Program-made: the position numbers and the translations under genes
Notes under the pieces: model-generated
Databases searched by the model: none
What the model was told of the DNA's origin: nothing
Seen by the model: only the letters and a program-made list of their open reading frames with translations
Part shown: piece after piece, positions 15,701-15,702 of the stretch
How positions within the stretch are numbered: position 1 is the stretch's first letter
Layout: every line of letters starts with the position of its first letter
Source: an uncultured archaeon
Lineage (GTDB): Archaea; Altiarchaeota; Altiarchaeia; IMC4; QMZM01
Assembly: GCA_964549685.1 (NCBI GenBank)
Contig: CAZJVE010000018.1
Location: 1 to 15,702, forward strand
Direction: 5' to 3'
Length of the DNA: 15,702 bases

Positions 15701-15702
15701 GT

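Noticed and set aside
1-15702. CRISPR array, tRNA/rRNA or mobile element
   Set aside because: After adding the mini-ORF, the largest non-coding gap is 72 bp, and no repeat array, transposase or integrase is seen.

Overview
Archaeal metabolic locus, densely coding, with no mobile elements, CRISPR arrays or RNA genes seen. The minus strand carries an acetyl-CoA decarbonylase/synthase (ACDS) operon: cdhA-cdhC-[58-aa ORF missed by the ORF track]-cooC/acsF-cdhD-cdhE. Upstream of it lies hypF-hypE-nitroreductase-mobA-mch-cooC. hypC-hypD-hypA diverge from hypF on the plus strand across a 51-bp palindromic spacer, and a 5'-truncated hdrB-like gene converges from the right edge. The ACDS looks remodelled in four ways. 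The conserved C-terminal tail of CdhC is encoded as a separate small basic protein. CdhC ends instead in an acidic winged-helix-like domain. CdhA lacks both D-cluster cysteines. There is no cdhB (epsilon) in the operon. Family comparisons are from recalled motifs, not database searches.
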